A stretch of DNA of 63,705 bases, counting the filler, from Bonamia ostreae (lineage: Eukaryota): the NCBI GenBank assembly GCA_040357525.1. It is 49 parts of 49 records of this genome, joined end to end, with 100 filler letters (N's around TTAATTAATTAA, not from the genome) between each part and the next. Parts side by side here need not be neighbours in the genome. Positions count along the whole stretch, not along the records: positions 13,088 to 14,294 come from JBDODL010002354.1; positions 14,395 to 15,601 come from JBDODL010002355.1; positions 15,702 to 16,908 come from JBDODL010002356.1; positions 17,009 to 18,214 come from JBDODL010002357.1; positions 18,315 to 19,520 come from JBDODL010002358.1; positions 19,621 to 20,825 come from JBDODL010002359.1; positions 20,926 to 22,130 come from JBDODL010002360.1; positions 22,231 to 23,435 come from JBDODL010002361.1; 41 more parts are not named here. One strand, 5' to 3'. Below, piece by piece: positions 13,176 to 27,491 of this stretch. How positions within the stretch are numbered: the first letter of the stretch is position 1; every line of letters begins with the position of its first letter. Under the pieces are notes generated by a model. The model was not told the origin of the DNA. It did no database searches and saw only the letters and a list, made by a program, of their open reading frames with translations. Made by a program: the position numbers and the translations under genes.

Positions 13176-14294
13176 AACGTGTCCACCTTACAAAGCAACT
13201 AATGATTGCAAAGTACCCAGTTGTTCTTGTTCTTCAGATATGTAAAACCGAAGAGGTAATAGTTTATGTAATATATTGTTTTCTTGTATGCATTAGAAAC
13301 AAATTTCAAATTCCATCTTAAAAATATTTTACACGTGTGATCAGGCACTTTACATATATTCTCCCTATTGTCTAGCCTTCGATAAGCAGATATTAAATTT
13401 GAATCAACAATTGTGTATTCATTCATTTCTTGATGGTTTCTTAACTTTTCTTGATTTTCTTGGTTTCTTGATTGTTTTATCAAATCCTTCACACAAGAGA
13501 GAAAAACATCCGAATATATATCGAGTTTATACATACGTGCAAAATTCATGATACGTCAAATTTTACATTACAGCCTAAGCAACACATTTGTGGACACTGA
13601 AAGATTTGTATTTCAATGTGTTTGTAGACTATGTATGCAGCAGATCGGAAGGCATTTGAGAAGAATATAAACGGTGTGGATTTTTGGGAAGATTTCCGTG
13701 GCTTAAAAGCAAGAACAAAGGAAGCGGTGAGCATATATGTACACACAGCAGTATTTTATATACAATGCGTCTTTTAAAAAACGACAACTCGTCTAAAATG
13801 AAATCCATTCTTTGATCGAAATTCATTCAGGTTCTTTTTGTCTGGAACCCACTAAATGAAATGCTTTGATTTGAAGAATGAAATATAAAAGTAATATAGG
13901 ACCCCAATGTCATTGCTTTTTAAAATCTAGATATAGTTAATTCGATATGTAGATTAAGTCCTTAAAGATACTTAGGAAAATATGAGTGTTAGGGTTGAAC
14001 AATCTCATCAAGGATGGGTAGCGAATAAATTTCAAATTGTCTCATTAGGATTGATTATAAATATATTTACATTTGTTTACGTACATGCTTCTTGATGAGA
14101 CAGTGATGCTAGATACATATAGTTATATAATCATACTCACCACCCATTCCATATTTACATTTTAGAATGACCTGAAAGAGGCTTTGAAGCATTACCGATT
14201 GTTCAGCGTTGTCGAACACATAGGCTCAGCAAATAGTGGTCATTACATCTGCTACGTCAGAAGACAAGATACTCAGAAATGGAATCGGTGCGAT
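13176..14294 (+). CDS. Host ubiquitin-specific protease (C19), three exons: 13176-13255, 13628-13726, 14166-14294
   Basis: The spliced product reads KQLMIAKYPVVLVLQ...YRLFSVVEHIGSANSGHYICYVR...WNRCD (His box). Donors are GTAATA and GTGAGC, introns about 400 nt. Missed by the ORF track. Confidence 0.85.
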
Positions 14295-15701
14295 NNNNNN
14301 NNNNNNNNNNNNNNNNNNNNNNNNNNNNNNNNNNNNNNTTAATTAATTAANNNNNNNNNNNNNNNNNNNNNNNNNNNNNNNNNNNNNNNNNNNNTTTGTA
14401 TCAATGTGTACATATAACGATATAGTTATACGATAAGAATAGGAATTATACCATACACTAATGGACCATTATAGAATAAAAATAAAATATTATACAATAC
14501 AAATTGTAAAATATCAAGCAAATTTTTTTTTATAGAAATGGAAAAGATGGATTGATGCTATGTTTCACATAACATATTTGTGTTAATGAATTCTTAGCAA
14601 AAAATATATCAATCCTTTACTTCTAGATGTGTTTCACAACTATCTGTATTGACGTTATATAACGACAAAAGCGCATTTGTATGAACATGCATCGTCTTTT
14701 GAAGGTTTTAATTATTTGAGTGGTCATAACATTTGTTTTTCGTCAGTGTTTTTTTTCCCTTTCAAATCGTGATGTGGATGAACGTTGATACTCGTTACAA
14801 ATCGCTCCAGTCAACATTACTTTCCAGCACATTCATCCACAAATACGAAATTCTGATTGGACAATTTTAAAATCAGTGTAACCTTTCTTTATGAATGATG
14901 CAAACATCATGAAATTTATACTGCATCATTTCAATATTTATTGAATCGCATAAACAGTAGTACTGACTCATACTCGCGTGTGCGTTTATAAAAATGTAGT
15001 GCTTTTCTTTCATGTTTGAGTACTAAAATGAAATTTTGCTGTAGGTTTACGATAAGAATGCTTAATGAATGATGTCAACAAAAATTCCTTACCAATGGCC
15101 AATGATTTCATTATGGGACATGTGGTAAAGTGACGTCGTAAAAATACCTGACAAATCACTTTATGTCAGCTCGATCTTCTTTAAAAATGAATATTTACAA
15201 ACTTCCTGGAAAAGCCTTGTATATTAGTTACTAATCAGAATAATTATCAATGCTATGCTTATATATAAGTTTAAAGAAATGATCACACCTGTTTATACTG
15301 TAACAATATTAAAGCATAGCTGGTCTTTAGAGTTTAATTACTCCATTAAATTGCATGCAATTTGTGCTTTATCTTATTTGTATATCTCTACATTTGTTTT
15401 CCTGTTTTGGCTGCATTAAACTAGACAATATCTATTTCGTTACGTTTATTTATAAAACTATAAAGAATATCACTCGTGAGGACTTTTTCATGCATATACA
15501 CGTAGATTGGTGAAAAGGGGTCCGGTTCGATACCAAACTTTGTTTTGCATACTATAAAAGGGGTGATAGATCAAGATAAATCTTGGTCCAAATGTAAGCA
15601 GNNNNNNNNNNNNNNNNNNNNNNNNNNNNNNNNNNNNNNNNNNNNTTAATTAATTAANNNNNNNNNNNNNNNNNNNNNNNNNNNNNNNNNNNNNNNNNNN
15701 N

Positions 15702-16206
15702 CATCCAAGCTTAAAATCGACATCTCTAAACTCGCCTTCCCTCATTAAGCCACGATCACCAATCGCAGTGTATCCACTGATCTGGAATCTATATCGGATT
15801 TGGCAAAGTTCTAAAGCTTTTTTGAAATGGCCGCATTTCCCCGGAACGTTTTTGTACCGGCATTCCTTCAACTTTATCAATTCCTTTTCGCATGCCCGAC
15901 TAATTTTCAGATTTTTATCAATTTTTAGATTTTCGTCTATTTCGTCGATTTTAAGCATATTCTCGCCCAAATCGTCAAAATCGTTATTTATTAGATTTTT
16001 AAGCTTATTATCGCTTACTTTGTTTACGATTTTTGCTTTTTTGTCGTAAGAATCTACGCTTTCAGCAAGCACAACAAAAAAATTTTTACGGCTGATCTGG
16101 TCATCGCCGTAATCAGCAAAATTGTTGTCATTTGAATCGTAAGATTTTCCGTGAATCTGATCAAATTCACTTATCCAAAGATTTCTCGGATAGTTTAGTC
16201 GCGCTC
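15702..16206 (-). CDS. Protist protein with a twin CX9C (CHCH-like) motif
   Basis: C-EKELIKLKE-C ... C-GHFKKALEL-C. The frame stays open upstream of the listed ORF. Confidence 0.45.
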
Positions 16207-17177
16207 TTTATAGACCAAAATAACGAAAAATAGCAAAAGACTAAAAATTTTGCAATGGCCGAAATGGACAACTAAGAATTTTGGAAAATTTGTTGTTTTA
16301 TAACTGTTTGCGAAAATCTCTGGAAAGTTGTGAATTCGGCAAAAAGAAGAAATCTTTCGCCATTTCTTCTCCGATGAAGTCTATTCTGTTGTCCCACAAT
16401 TTCCAGGAAAAAATCAACGAAGCCGTTAAACCGAAAAATTTGTTCATTTTTGTGCTTTTTGCGAACAGACCACCCCTTTTCACTGCAAAAATGACCATTA
16501 TTGACAATGAAAAATTTTTAAACTTAAAAAGAAGACTGCCGAACAAGCGAAAAAATTGATGGATGGCCTCAAAAAAGCGCTAGTTTGATGTCTAAGCCAT
16601 AAATCCTGTTCTTGGAGCTTTAGTTCACTTTATTTTAAATAGCTTAAATAAAACCCCGAACGCCATTTAATGGCGAGTTCTCTCTTAATAAAAGTGCTTA
16701 ACTTGATTTTGTTTTTATGTTTTTTCTTGTCATTATCAAAAACCATTTTAAAGTTTTAATATATTTTTATAGTCTAAACAAAATCCTAAAATTAATGACT
16801 GGTAATAATCCGAACCAAATAACTCCAAAAGACTTTGAACCGACAGAGAACCTCTTTAACAAATTGGTTAAAAAAGAATTTATATTATGCATAAATACCG
16901 TTTTATTTNNNNNNNNNNNNNNNNNNNNNNNNNNNNNNNNNNNNNNNNNNNNTTAATTAATTAANNNNNNNNNNNNNNNNNNNNNNNNNNNNNNNNNNNN
17001 NNNNNNNNGCAAAAAAAACAATGTTACAAAACATAAAAAGTATTTTTAAATCATTTAATTACAAAAACAATGTTACAAAACATAAAAAGTAATTTTAAAT
17101 CATTTAATTACAAAAAACAATGTTACAAAACATAAAAAGTACTTAAACCAATCATAATTACAACACATAAAAAACTT

Positions 17178-18090
17178 TATCTTGTAGATATGACTTGAAT
17201 CACCGACATTCTCAGTACTAATGCTACTCAATCTCGTCCCGTACGTTGAAAGAGCTTTTTGAGCGGATCTGAACAAATGATGTCCGTATGTCGAGTGTCC
17301 AGAGAAATTTAATCGGTATCCACGATTGTAAACAAATTCACTGAGAAATCGCAGCATTGGCGTTGCGACTTCTGGTGTGATGGAGTGAACTTCAAACAAT
17401 AGCATAAATTTGTCAAAGTGTTTCCAATGAAACCAGTCAAAAAATTGGTTGAACAGTTTTCTGTTTTTTATTAAAAATTTTTTAGCCAATTTTTTTTTGA
17501 AAAATAAAAATTTTGACTTTTTTGTAGTTGTCAAACAAACTCCTTTCAAATCGCGAAACAAACCGATTGTTGTGTGTACTGTTTCAGGACTATTAAAATC
17601 ATTTCGTTTGGAAAGCCAAAGAAAAGTTTCATCAAATGGCTTTAAAAAGTGCTCAAATTTTTTTTCATCCATTTCATTTACAACAAAACGAGTAAAAATG
17701 CTATAAAAAAGAGTTCTTTCTTTAAAGTTTCGCGGATAAGACAAAAAAGGTTTCATATCCGCCTTCAGGTAACAAGATTTAGTTTTGCAAATTTGTAAAA
17801 ATTGGAAAATAATGAAAACGAAATTATTTTCGAGCAGGTTTTGAACAACTTGACATTTAGAAGATACTTTGTAACTTTCATATCTAATTTTTTTTTAAAT
17901 TTAGCCAAAATATAAACCCTTTTGTGATTAAATCGATCATTTCGATAGATTTATGAACAATTTGAAGATTCTTGCTCCAGAAACACAAATTTCCGAGACT
18001 AAAATTTAAATTGTCAGAAAACAGTTTTTCGAGAATTAATTTCATCATAAAATCTTGGTCCACTTTTTCGTTTAGTTCTTTGCTCAAAAT
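17178..18090 (-). CDS. XPO7: Exportin-7/RanBP16 family, multi-exon fragment (protist)
   Basis: KERTLFYSIFTR, IGLFRDLKGV, FFDWF, VATPMLRFLSEFVYNRGYRLNF and GHHLFR match XPO7. An in-frame intron is hidden in the listed ORF. Confidence 0.85.
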
Positions 18091-18314
18091 TCCAAAAAAC
18101 TTTTAATTTTTTATAATTTGGTCTTAATAAATTTTGTAGTAACAACATAATTTTGTCACAAAAAATCAAAATTTGGTCGCAATAACAAAATTTGGTTTTA
18201 ATAACAAATTTGTCNNNNNNNNNNNNNNNNNNNNNNNNNNNNNNNNNNNNNNNNNNNNTTAATTAATTAANNNNNNNNNNNNNNNNNNNNNNNNNNNNNN
18301 NNNNNNNNNNNNNN

Positions 18315-18560
18315 GTCGAATGATGTCTGACGTGTTTCATACTAACTGTTAGGTTGTTCTTAACAGACTGATTTTCAATACGAATTGCGAAGTTTACTTG
18401 ATCAAGATATATGCTCACGGTGGGTGTTATCGGTCAAAGGGGATTGCTTGCAATCACCTGATCCTACTTGTGATATATCCAGGGGTCCTTGTTTGCACTT
18501 TCCTTAATTTTCTATTCTTTATAGGATGAATGCATCACAGTCAATTATCTTCACTTGTTG
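18315..18560 (+). repeat. Dispersed host repeat (LINE 3' end/SINE-like); second copy at 55750-55939 on the minus strand
   Basis: Both copies share CACCTGATCC(C/T)AC...TTAATTTT(G/C)TATTCTTTA. Recalled as abundant in oyster genomes, not searched. Confidence 0.7.
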
Positions 18561-18938
18561 CAGCGTAGTTGAGACAGACACAATCCCAGTGATGTATCAA
18601 AATGTACCTCAGTTTACTTCACAATATATGACGTCACAATAAAAGTACATCAGGACGTACATGTATAGGTCTATGGCTGTATTTCGGGGGAAATGTTATT
18701 ATACTTTTTCATTATTTACTACCGGTCTCAATTGTTAAAGCAGAATAGTGTGTAAATGTGCTTGTCATATCTATGTCAATCATTACTTATTATTTTTCTG
18801 TGCTGTTAAACAAGCCTCCATCTTAAACACTATTACAGATATAAACTACCCCCCCCCCCTCCAATAAAATAAAAGCACAATTGAACTTTTTGACACGTGG
18901 ACGGAATTTAATCTAATTTGACACTGTANNNNNNNNNN

Positions 18939-19520
18939 CGAAAAGGTATCCTAAGTCGTCCCATAATAATAATTGAAGTCCCATTGAGAAAATCTCAGAA
19001 TTCATCGACTTCCATATCCGTCCAAACGTTGAAGACTGAACATCTTATCTGAAGGACACCAAAGACTATTTGAACAAACATTCCTCCTCCAATCTCCCAG
19101 CTGCGTTTCATAGATGACACTGAGATGAAGTGGACCAACAGTCGAGACAGTCCCAATAATTCCATGGCCTTTGCCAACCCATTCCACCACTCTGTCAAAT
19201 TTGCAGTGGAATTATCTTATTCTAAGAGCACGTTCTTCGATACTATGGCCACGATGATCGATGGCCAGATATAGTTTCCACACTAAAACTACTGATTCTC
19301 ATTTATACTTGATGTTTTCAAGTTGCCATCCACCCCAAGTGGTGCGCCAAAGGAATCAGCCGCATCTGTTCTACGCGCACACTTTACCAAGAACATAACC
19401 AACTCCTGAAGACCCATTTGAGCAACAGAAAATCAGCAATCTGCAATTGATATGATGGCCGGACAGACAATTCCTCCTACAACATAGAGAGAAGCAGAAG
19501 AACGACAGGGTTCCATTGGT
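18939..19520 (+). mobile_element. Degenerate Penelope-like retroelement RT fragment (host)
   Basis: Frameshifted remnants EKISEFIDFHIRP, YLKDTKDYL and TDSHLYL...CHP. Confidence 0.65.
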
Positions 19521-21417
19521 NNNNNNNNNNNNNNNNNNNNNNNNNNNNNNNNNNNNNNNNNNNNTTAATTAATTAANNNNNNNNNNNNNNNNNNNNNNNN
19601 NNNNNNNNNNNNNNNNNNNNCTCCCAGTTGAAAAATAAATGGCAAAGATTTACCCACTTCCACAATTTTCTCCGCCGTAACTTTGTCTCTTTCGGAATAT
19701 TCAATACGCGTCGTTGATTTATTGAACGAGAAGGGCATTCGCTTAGAAACTTTATAACTCTCATCCTCAATAAAATCTATTTATTATATCGATTTTTCCT
19801 ACTTTTATAAACCTTTTATCGTAACTGACGCCATTTTAGAATTAATTTTATCTTGAATTTGCTTTAATTGTATACTAAAAACGAAGAAAATAATCTTTTA
19901 ATTTGCAAACTTTGATATTATATTGTGTCACTTTAGAACGCTTAATCTTTTATTGTGGTTAATCCAGCATCTAACATACTCTGCAATTACGTGCAATGAA
20001 ATATAGTTTACTCAATGTTTCGTATTAATTTCAAGGAAAGATATCACATTCAGAACTGATCAAAAGATTTAAAAATTTTTATAAACATCTCAAATTTTAA
20101 GCCAAAACTTATTTTTAGATTTGTTGCAACATTATAAATAATTTTAACTACATTTATTTTGACAAAAATTATGATACGACAAATTTGCAAAAATCGATAT
20201 AATAAAAAATGTTTTTCAAGAGCAAAATATTTTAATTCGAAAATTATGCCGATAAGCATTCTATTAAATTTCTTACCAGTTTGTTGGGTGTTATAAACCA
20301 GCAGTCTGTTTTATACTTTTAACATTTTTAAAATCCTGCACACACACCATTCATCCATCCTGAAATTTTCTTTGGGATATCAATAAAATGAAAATGTGTT
20401 TTAACAGAATTTGCTTGAGGATTAATAGTTCTAAAACAAAAAAGAGCTCTAACCAACACTATTTCATATGTTAAATTTTTTGTCTGAAAGAAGCACTTTA
20501 CTTAATTTGAGCATTATAATGTTTTTACTTCAATTATTTTGTACATCTATTTATCTTTAAAAAATGAGATGAAAAATAAATTCGTGTTTGGATTTCAACA
20601 ATTTATAACTTAAAAAATTAAGAAACTGAAAATGATTTGAATATCGTTTAATATGCAAGATAATAACCAACTGTAACGTCCCTTCTGTCATATAAAAGAT
20701 AACTGAACTTCCAGTCGTCAAATTTTTGATCAAAGGGGACATTGTTGAGACCCATAAAATCGAACAAAGGTTTTGAGTTTTTTCCAAAGATGCGCACCTT
20801 CATATTAAACTTTGCGTTAATAGGTNNNNNNNNNNNNNNNNNNNNNNNNNNNNNNNNNNNNNNNNNNNNTTAATTAATTAANNNNNNNNNNNNNNNNNNN
20901 NNNNNNNNNNNNNNNNNNNNNNNNNAAAATGTTGCAATTACATTTGTCAAAATTCGTCATTCTACAAAAAAATTTTGCTAATAAATTTCATCATTCTAAT
21001 TTAATGTTGGTCATTCTATAAAAAGTTGTGCTGCAGATCGTTTGCAAACAAAATTTTTTATCAAAATACAAAAAAGAATTGGATTGCAAATCCAATTTAT
21101 TTGGGAAAAGCAGATCATCAAAGCGATTTTGTTAAAAATGCAATCCAATAAGAAATCTTCACCGCAAAATAAATGTGTTCTTACCATTTTTTATTGACCA
21201 TATTTTCTCGATTTTTAAATTAAAAAAAAATCAAATTTCACATTTCTCATATTTCCTCCATTTCTTCTATTAACAAAATGATCTTATCGCTCATAAAAGA
21301 TTTACGCTAAAACAAAATTTTTTTTCGATTTTTCGATTTGATCAAAAATTTCAAATATTAATATACTTTAAAAATTATATACAAGAGCTTAAAACTTGAA
21401 GCTTAAAATATTGAAAG

Positions 21418-21919
21418 ATGGCTAAAATTCCTTTAAAAGAAGAAATGCCTTCGAATTTGCAAAATTTTGAGACATTTTGCAATAGTGACAATCCTCGCCA
21501 TTTATTAATTATTTTTCACGGACTTGTTTATAACAAAACGCAATTCTCCCTTTTTCGACTAAATTTTAATAATTTTTTTTTAATTTGGCGAATAAAAAAG
21601 GGCGACAACACAAAAAATTATATTTCGCTTGCGAAGAAAATGCAATTGCCAAAGACGTGTTCAATTGCATTGAACGCTCCAGAAGCTTTACCGTTTGGAC
21701 TCGGTTTCAGCTGGTTCACGTCGTTTGACGCCGAAGCAAATCGTTTTTTTAAACAAAAAATCGTTAAAACAAATAACAGTAATAAAGCCGGAAGCATTTG
21801 AAGAGAGAAGGATATCGTCTTTGGCGCAGACTAGAATATTTGTTTTTGATTTTTTGAAAGTTTTGGTCGATAAGTGTGGATGGAAAGAAAGAAATATTTA
21901 TTTTTTGGGCTTTTCACAA
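21418..21919 (+). CDS. Phospholipase/carboxylesterase (alpha/beta hydrolase), 5' part; introns 21526-21600 and 21743-21779
   Basis: LIIFHGL|GD, LNAP, SWF and IYFLGFSQ (GxSxG nucleophile elbow). Confidence 0.85.
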
Positions 21920-21964
21920 GTTTTTTTTTACAAAAATGTGTTCTTTTTAATATTTCAAAAAAAA

Positions 21965-22130
21965 ACAAAATTTTACAAAACGTTTTTAAAATGTTTCAAT
22001 AACAAAAAAAACAATTTTAACAAATAATTTTATAACAAAAATTTTACAAAACGTTTTTAAAATGTTTCAATAACAAAAAAAACAATTTTAACAAATAATT
22101 TTATAACAAAAATTTTACAAAACGTTTTTA
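21965..22130. repeat. 71-bp tandem repeat inside an intron, running to contig end
   Basis: TTTTACAAAACG occurs at 21971, 22042 and 22113. Confidence 0.9.
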
Positions 22131-24839
22131 NNNNNNNNNNNNNNNNNNNNNNNNNNNNNNNNNNNNNNNNNNNNTTAATTAATTAANNNNNNNNNNNNNN
22201 NNNNNNNNNNNNNNNNNNNNNNNNNNNNNNTTGATGACAAAAGTCGTATATTTTATATTTTATTAGATTTGATATTACTTATTGTTCGTTATAATTTATC
22301 TTTTTGTCGTTGTATGTATGTCAAAATGATTGAATTTAAGGTTTTGAATGCAAACTCAAATCATCCAATACAAAACCACAAACATCTGGTTCATATTCAA
22401 TAATATCAGTGTGTTGTGTTACTCGATTTCCTGTTTTATAAACAGTTTGTATTGATGTGTGACCGTAGTTGTTAATCGTTGGTATTTCTAAGGGGGTTAT
22501 TTTTAAATTTAAACAGGAAGTTTTAGTTATGCATATATACCTGTCGTACGTAAGTATGGAAATGTTTGATATAATTATCACAGTGTTTACTTTTCTATCT
22601 CGAGCATAAACTGTCCCAACTAACTTCATTTCGTGTAAAATGAGTAGAAACTATTTTCATTCTCAGTAATTTAACTTACAAAAACGGATTGATACATTAC
22701 ATTTCTAGATCTAGTTCAAATGTGAAGTAGCTAAAACAGTTTTCCTTTTCTTTAACTTCCGTAACAATGTAAAGTAAACATTGCACGACTTACATGTATA
22801 TGGTCGTAAAGTACAACATGCCAATTGTACCCAATGTTATATTAATGTATAAGATCGATTGATGTTCAATTCTCAAAAGTTTGATCAATTCATATGCTAT
22901 ACGAATGTGAAGAATCAAATGTAATCCACTCATGGCAATCCTTGGTTATTCTACTTTTAGAAATATATTATTAGCATTTATTATGATACATATTTCCAAC
23001 TCCTGATGACAAACTTTGGTTACTGAGGTATAAGTTGATATGTTCAAAGGACACCTTTGATCACTCTTTATTAACAATGTAATTCATGCATCTCTCTCTG
23101 TTAAAATGTACTGCATATTCACTAACTATTGAAACAAAAATGAGAAAAAGCAAATGGAAATTGATTTAATTGATAATATGCTATGTGGTCTAATATATCA
23201 GTCTCATCCCTTTCCTTTGAATCTGATAAAGAAACATTACATTTCAAAATTATTAAGAATATGAAAGCTTGTAAGCAATATAAATGCCAGTGTGAAACAC
23301 TATCCAGTTCATTTGATTTTACATGATAAACCTATTATCAACAATGATGTTTTGTAACATATTCACTGGGATAATCTTTCCCATGCCGTACGATTAACCA
23401 TTTTGGTAGAAAATTCGCGTGTGACCTTAGTGTACNNNNNNNNNNNNNNNNNNNNNNNNNNNNNNNNNNNNNNNNNNNNTTAATTAATTAANNNNNNNNN
23501 NNNNNNNNNNNNNNNNNNNNNNNNNNNNNNNNNNNCTAAACCTCTACAGAAAAATACCTGCTACGCAAGAAGAAGGAAGAGGTCGCTGCAAGAGAAATTA
23601 TCATACATACCAAATAATTTCATCCCTCATCATCACCGCGAAAAGGTACATTAAAAGACAGTATGCATATATAAAATCATATAAAAAATATCAGTAATCA
23701 AAGAAGAGCTTAAATAACATCCACCTGTAATGGAATCTTACGTTTCAGTGACCTGAAAAGTAACTGAATGATAACTAAATCATCACTGATCAAGTACGTT
23801 TCAATCCCATTTCAGTTACCAGTTCATTATCATTCAGTTCACTAAAAGGCAAGGACACTTCATTGCTCATTCAGTCATGTTTCTGTGATCATTCTGTCAG
23901 GTTTAGTGACCATAGAGTCAGGTTTCAGTGACCATACAGTCAAGTTTTAGTGAAATTTCAATGAGTTCTTTATCATATTTCAGTTACCATTAAGTCATAT
24001 ACTTCCATTAATTTGATTTTTAGTGACCATTGAGTGGATATTTGTTTCGTTCACTAATTGTTCAGTTGTGCTTCAGTAGCATTAAGCAGTTTATTCTCCT
24101 CCAGTTACATATAAATGAATACCCAGATATATTTCAATAATTGCTTTTCTATATTCGTACAACGTTCAATTTATAGCCATGCATTGTCTCAGCATTCATT
24201 TCGTGACCGTTCAATAAAATGCCAACCGTGAAATATTCGCTGATACCAATGACTACCTAACTATGCTGCATGGCAAATCAAAACCAATACACGGAATGCA
24301 ATTTCATGCAAACATTAGTTAAATGTCTTAGTTGATATTTCTCACTTTTATTAAACTTGGCCAAAATAGTTTTTCATTCCATTGCATTTTAGTAAGTTGC
24401 ATTTTCATCGCATTATACATTCATATTCGTCTGACGAAAGGTAGACAGGAAGCAAAACATCCACCAATTTCTTTTTGGGCATTCCAATTCTCTTGTACAG
24501 AATTCCTATCAGTAACTAAATATGCAAACAAATCACAGCCATACATGTTATACATATATATGTCTCTGAAAGATTGTGATATGTTTAGACCCGCCTTCTT
24601 TCCTTCTTCGTGTGTCTTAATTATATTTTTGAGGCCATTCTACCTGAATGGTTACTACAAGTTAAGGTGACTTAAATTTGTATTCTTTATTGAATTTATG
24701 AAATTGATAAGTATTCGCTATATCGTCACCTTTTCATGTNNNNNNNNNNNNNNNNNNNNNNNNNNNNNNNNNNNNNNNNNNNNTTAATTAATTAANNNNN
24801 NNNNNNNNNNNNNNNNNNNNNNNNNNNNNNNNNNNNNNN

Positions 24840-26043
24840 ACTTTAATGCAATTGAGGATGTAATTTAGTTCGAGACATCCGCAAATTGTTTTTAAAATTA
24901 TGTTAAATATTTTATTAGTCCAGTTTTTTATTATTTTGTATATTTTGTTGTTGTTGTTTTTTTTGAAACTTTTAATTAATTCAATGCTAAACATTAAGTT
25001 ATTATTGTCTTTGGATATATTGTTTGTCATTTCGATAAATTGAAATTTTTTGATATGTTCATTTATGTTTAGATCCAATACATTTAAATTTATATTTCTT
25101 TCAGTAAACATTTTTTTAATATTTGACCATATAGATTTTTTTGAATAAAAAGTGTTACTAGATGTTTCATTTATTTTATTACTATTAAAGTTTTTTATAT
25201 AGTTATAAAATAGTGAAACATGTCTGTTATTTATTGTTAACATATCGACTGTTTGTAATAGTATTAGATAACTAGATCTTTTATTGATTGTTAGTAAATA
25301 GCATAATGCAATATGCTGAAATGCTTCTATTTTTTTAATTCTTGATTTAGTTATGTTTACAAAGATCGGAAAAGAGTAGTCTATAATTGACCGTATAAAT
25401 GATTTATACGCATTTAACAATATACTCTTTTTTGCACCTTTAATCTTGTTTGTTATGTATTTCAAGAGGTATAGTCTTTTTCTACATTTTGATAAGGTTT
25501 CATTTATGTGATTATCAAATTTTAATCTATCATCGAAAACTATTCCTAGGTACTTAATGTTTTTTACGTATTCAATTTTTTCATTGTATAGTTTTAGTAT
25601 TTTGTGGGGTTTGTTTGTGTTCGATATAAACATTGCTTTAGATTTTTTATGTGAGAACATTAAATTTAACAATTTTGTTCTTTCCGTAATTATTTGAAGT
25701 CCCTTTGATACGTTTCTGTACAACTTTTTGTTATTCGAATTCTTACTATACAAATAAATATCATCTGCGAAAGCTCTGATTTTTACATTTTTAATTTTGT
25801 TTAGTACATTATTTATATATATATTAAACAATAAAGGTGATAAAGGGCTACCTTGGGGTAACCCATACTCTATATTTTTTATTTCACTAAACTTTGAGTT
25901 ATATTTAGTTGTACCGTATCTTTCACTCAAAAAATATTTTAAAAATGTTACAATTTCACTATCTATAACAATTTTTTTTACCATTTTAAACATAAGTTTT
26001 CTATCAACTGTATCGTATGCTTTAGTTAAATCCAAAAACACTA
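24840..26043 (-). mobile_element. Non-LTR retrotransposon reverse transcriptase (ORF2 fragment), very AT-rich, uninterrupted
   Basis: FLDLTKAYDTV, GLPQGSPLSPLLFNIY, FADD, KYLGIVFD and YKSFIRSIIDY motifs. Confidence 0.95.
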
Positions 26044-26244
26044 NNNNNNNNNNNNNNNNNNNNNNNNNNNNNNNNNNNNNNNNNNNNTTAATTAATTAAN
26101 NNNNNNNNNNNNNNNNNNNNNNNNNNNNNNNNNNNNNNNNNNNCGATTTTGCGAAAATTTTTAAAACGGTCTAAAAACAAATTAAAAAATCAAATTTAAG
26201 ATTTTGATAAACATTAGAAATATTTAGCCATATAAAGCACTAAA

Positions 26245-27347
26245 ATGTCATTTTCAAACGACGATCTAGAAAACGACCAACTTGCAAAAAATAATCCAAA
26301 TAAACAAAACGAAAACAAAAAAACAAAACGAAAAAGAACAACCGAAAAACCAAAATTCGTCAAAAGAAAAAACATCGAAACGAAAAACGACAAAAAGTAT
26401 TTTAAGCGCCCTCGAAAACTAAAAAGTTTTTATACAAAAAACTTGCAAAATTACATAAGAATTAAGAACAATTTACATAAACGACATTCCTCAACAAAAG
26501 CTAAATTTCGCTGATATTATATCATTTTTCGACAAATTTGGCGAAATAACAAGTGTTCAAATAAATAAACAGAAATCGCAAGTTTTCGTAAAATATGAAA
26601 AACAAAACGAAGCGGAATTGGCCATGAAAGAAGCTTTTCCTGTTTTCGGCGACGAGTCAATTCGACTGCGATGGGCTTTCTTCGAAAAACAAGAAATGTC
26701 GGTCCTTGAAAACACACAAGAATACTTATTTTGCATTTCGAAGTGCAAAGAAAGATTAAAAACCATTTTTGGGCAATTGGAAAACTGCCAAAAGTTGACA
26801 AAATTGGCTAAAAATGCATTAAAATCAAAAAACGATTTTGGACGACCAGAAAACACTAAAATTTTGACAAAGTTAAAAACGCTGAAAAAAAGTTTACGCG
26901 GGAAAATTGAAAATTTTTGTCGAAACTTTCCTGTTTTGGACAAAAGTAATTTAACTTTTGAAACGAAACCTGATTTTTGGATAAAAATCGACAATAATTG
27001 TGATTTGCTTTTTGATTTGATAGCAAAAAAATTTGGGATTGAACAACTTTACAAATCTGACCATTCTGTTTTTTCGGTTGATTTGAGACCAAAAATATTA
27101 CAAATAAGCAATTTGCCAAAGGAATATTTGAATTTGAACTTTATTAAAGGGCATTTTTATGTTTCAATTTTTCAAAATTTGAACTTAGAAATATGGATAT
27201 ATTACGAAAACAGAAATAAAAAATGGCGAAATGTTCATTGAATTTGCTAAGAGCCATATGGCTGAAAATGTAATTAAATTTTATTAAAGGCGTTATCGGA
27301 AAAAGGTTTTTTGGGGTCGACAGTGCCAATCAAAATAGTGAATAGTT
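26245..27347 (+). CDS. RBM26/27-like two-RRM protein (protist); introns include 27161-27188 and 27270-27289
   Basis: The spliced product reads RTIYINDIPQQKLN...FDKFGEI...AFPVFGDESIRLRW, then a second RRM LQISNLP...HFY|KYG...FIEF...AEN|AL. Confidence 0.65.
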
Positions 27348-27491
27348 NNNNNNNNNNNNNNNNNNNNNNNNNNNNNNNNNNNNNNNNNNNNTTAATTAAT
27401 TAANNNNNNNNNNNNNNNNNNNNNNNNNNNNNNNNNNNNNNNNNNNNTTGAACGCCAAAAAAATCAAATTTACAAAATTAAAAAAAAAAAC

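Noticed and set aside
13199-13826. Minus-strand ORFs of 116, 66 and 65 aa
   Set aside because: They lie antisense to the introns and exons of the plus-strand USP gene.
19621-20825. Probable multi-intron protist gene (also 3928-5136)
   Set aside because: Fragments look coding but no family or consistent exon chain could be established by eye.
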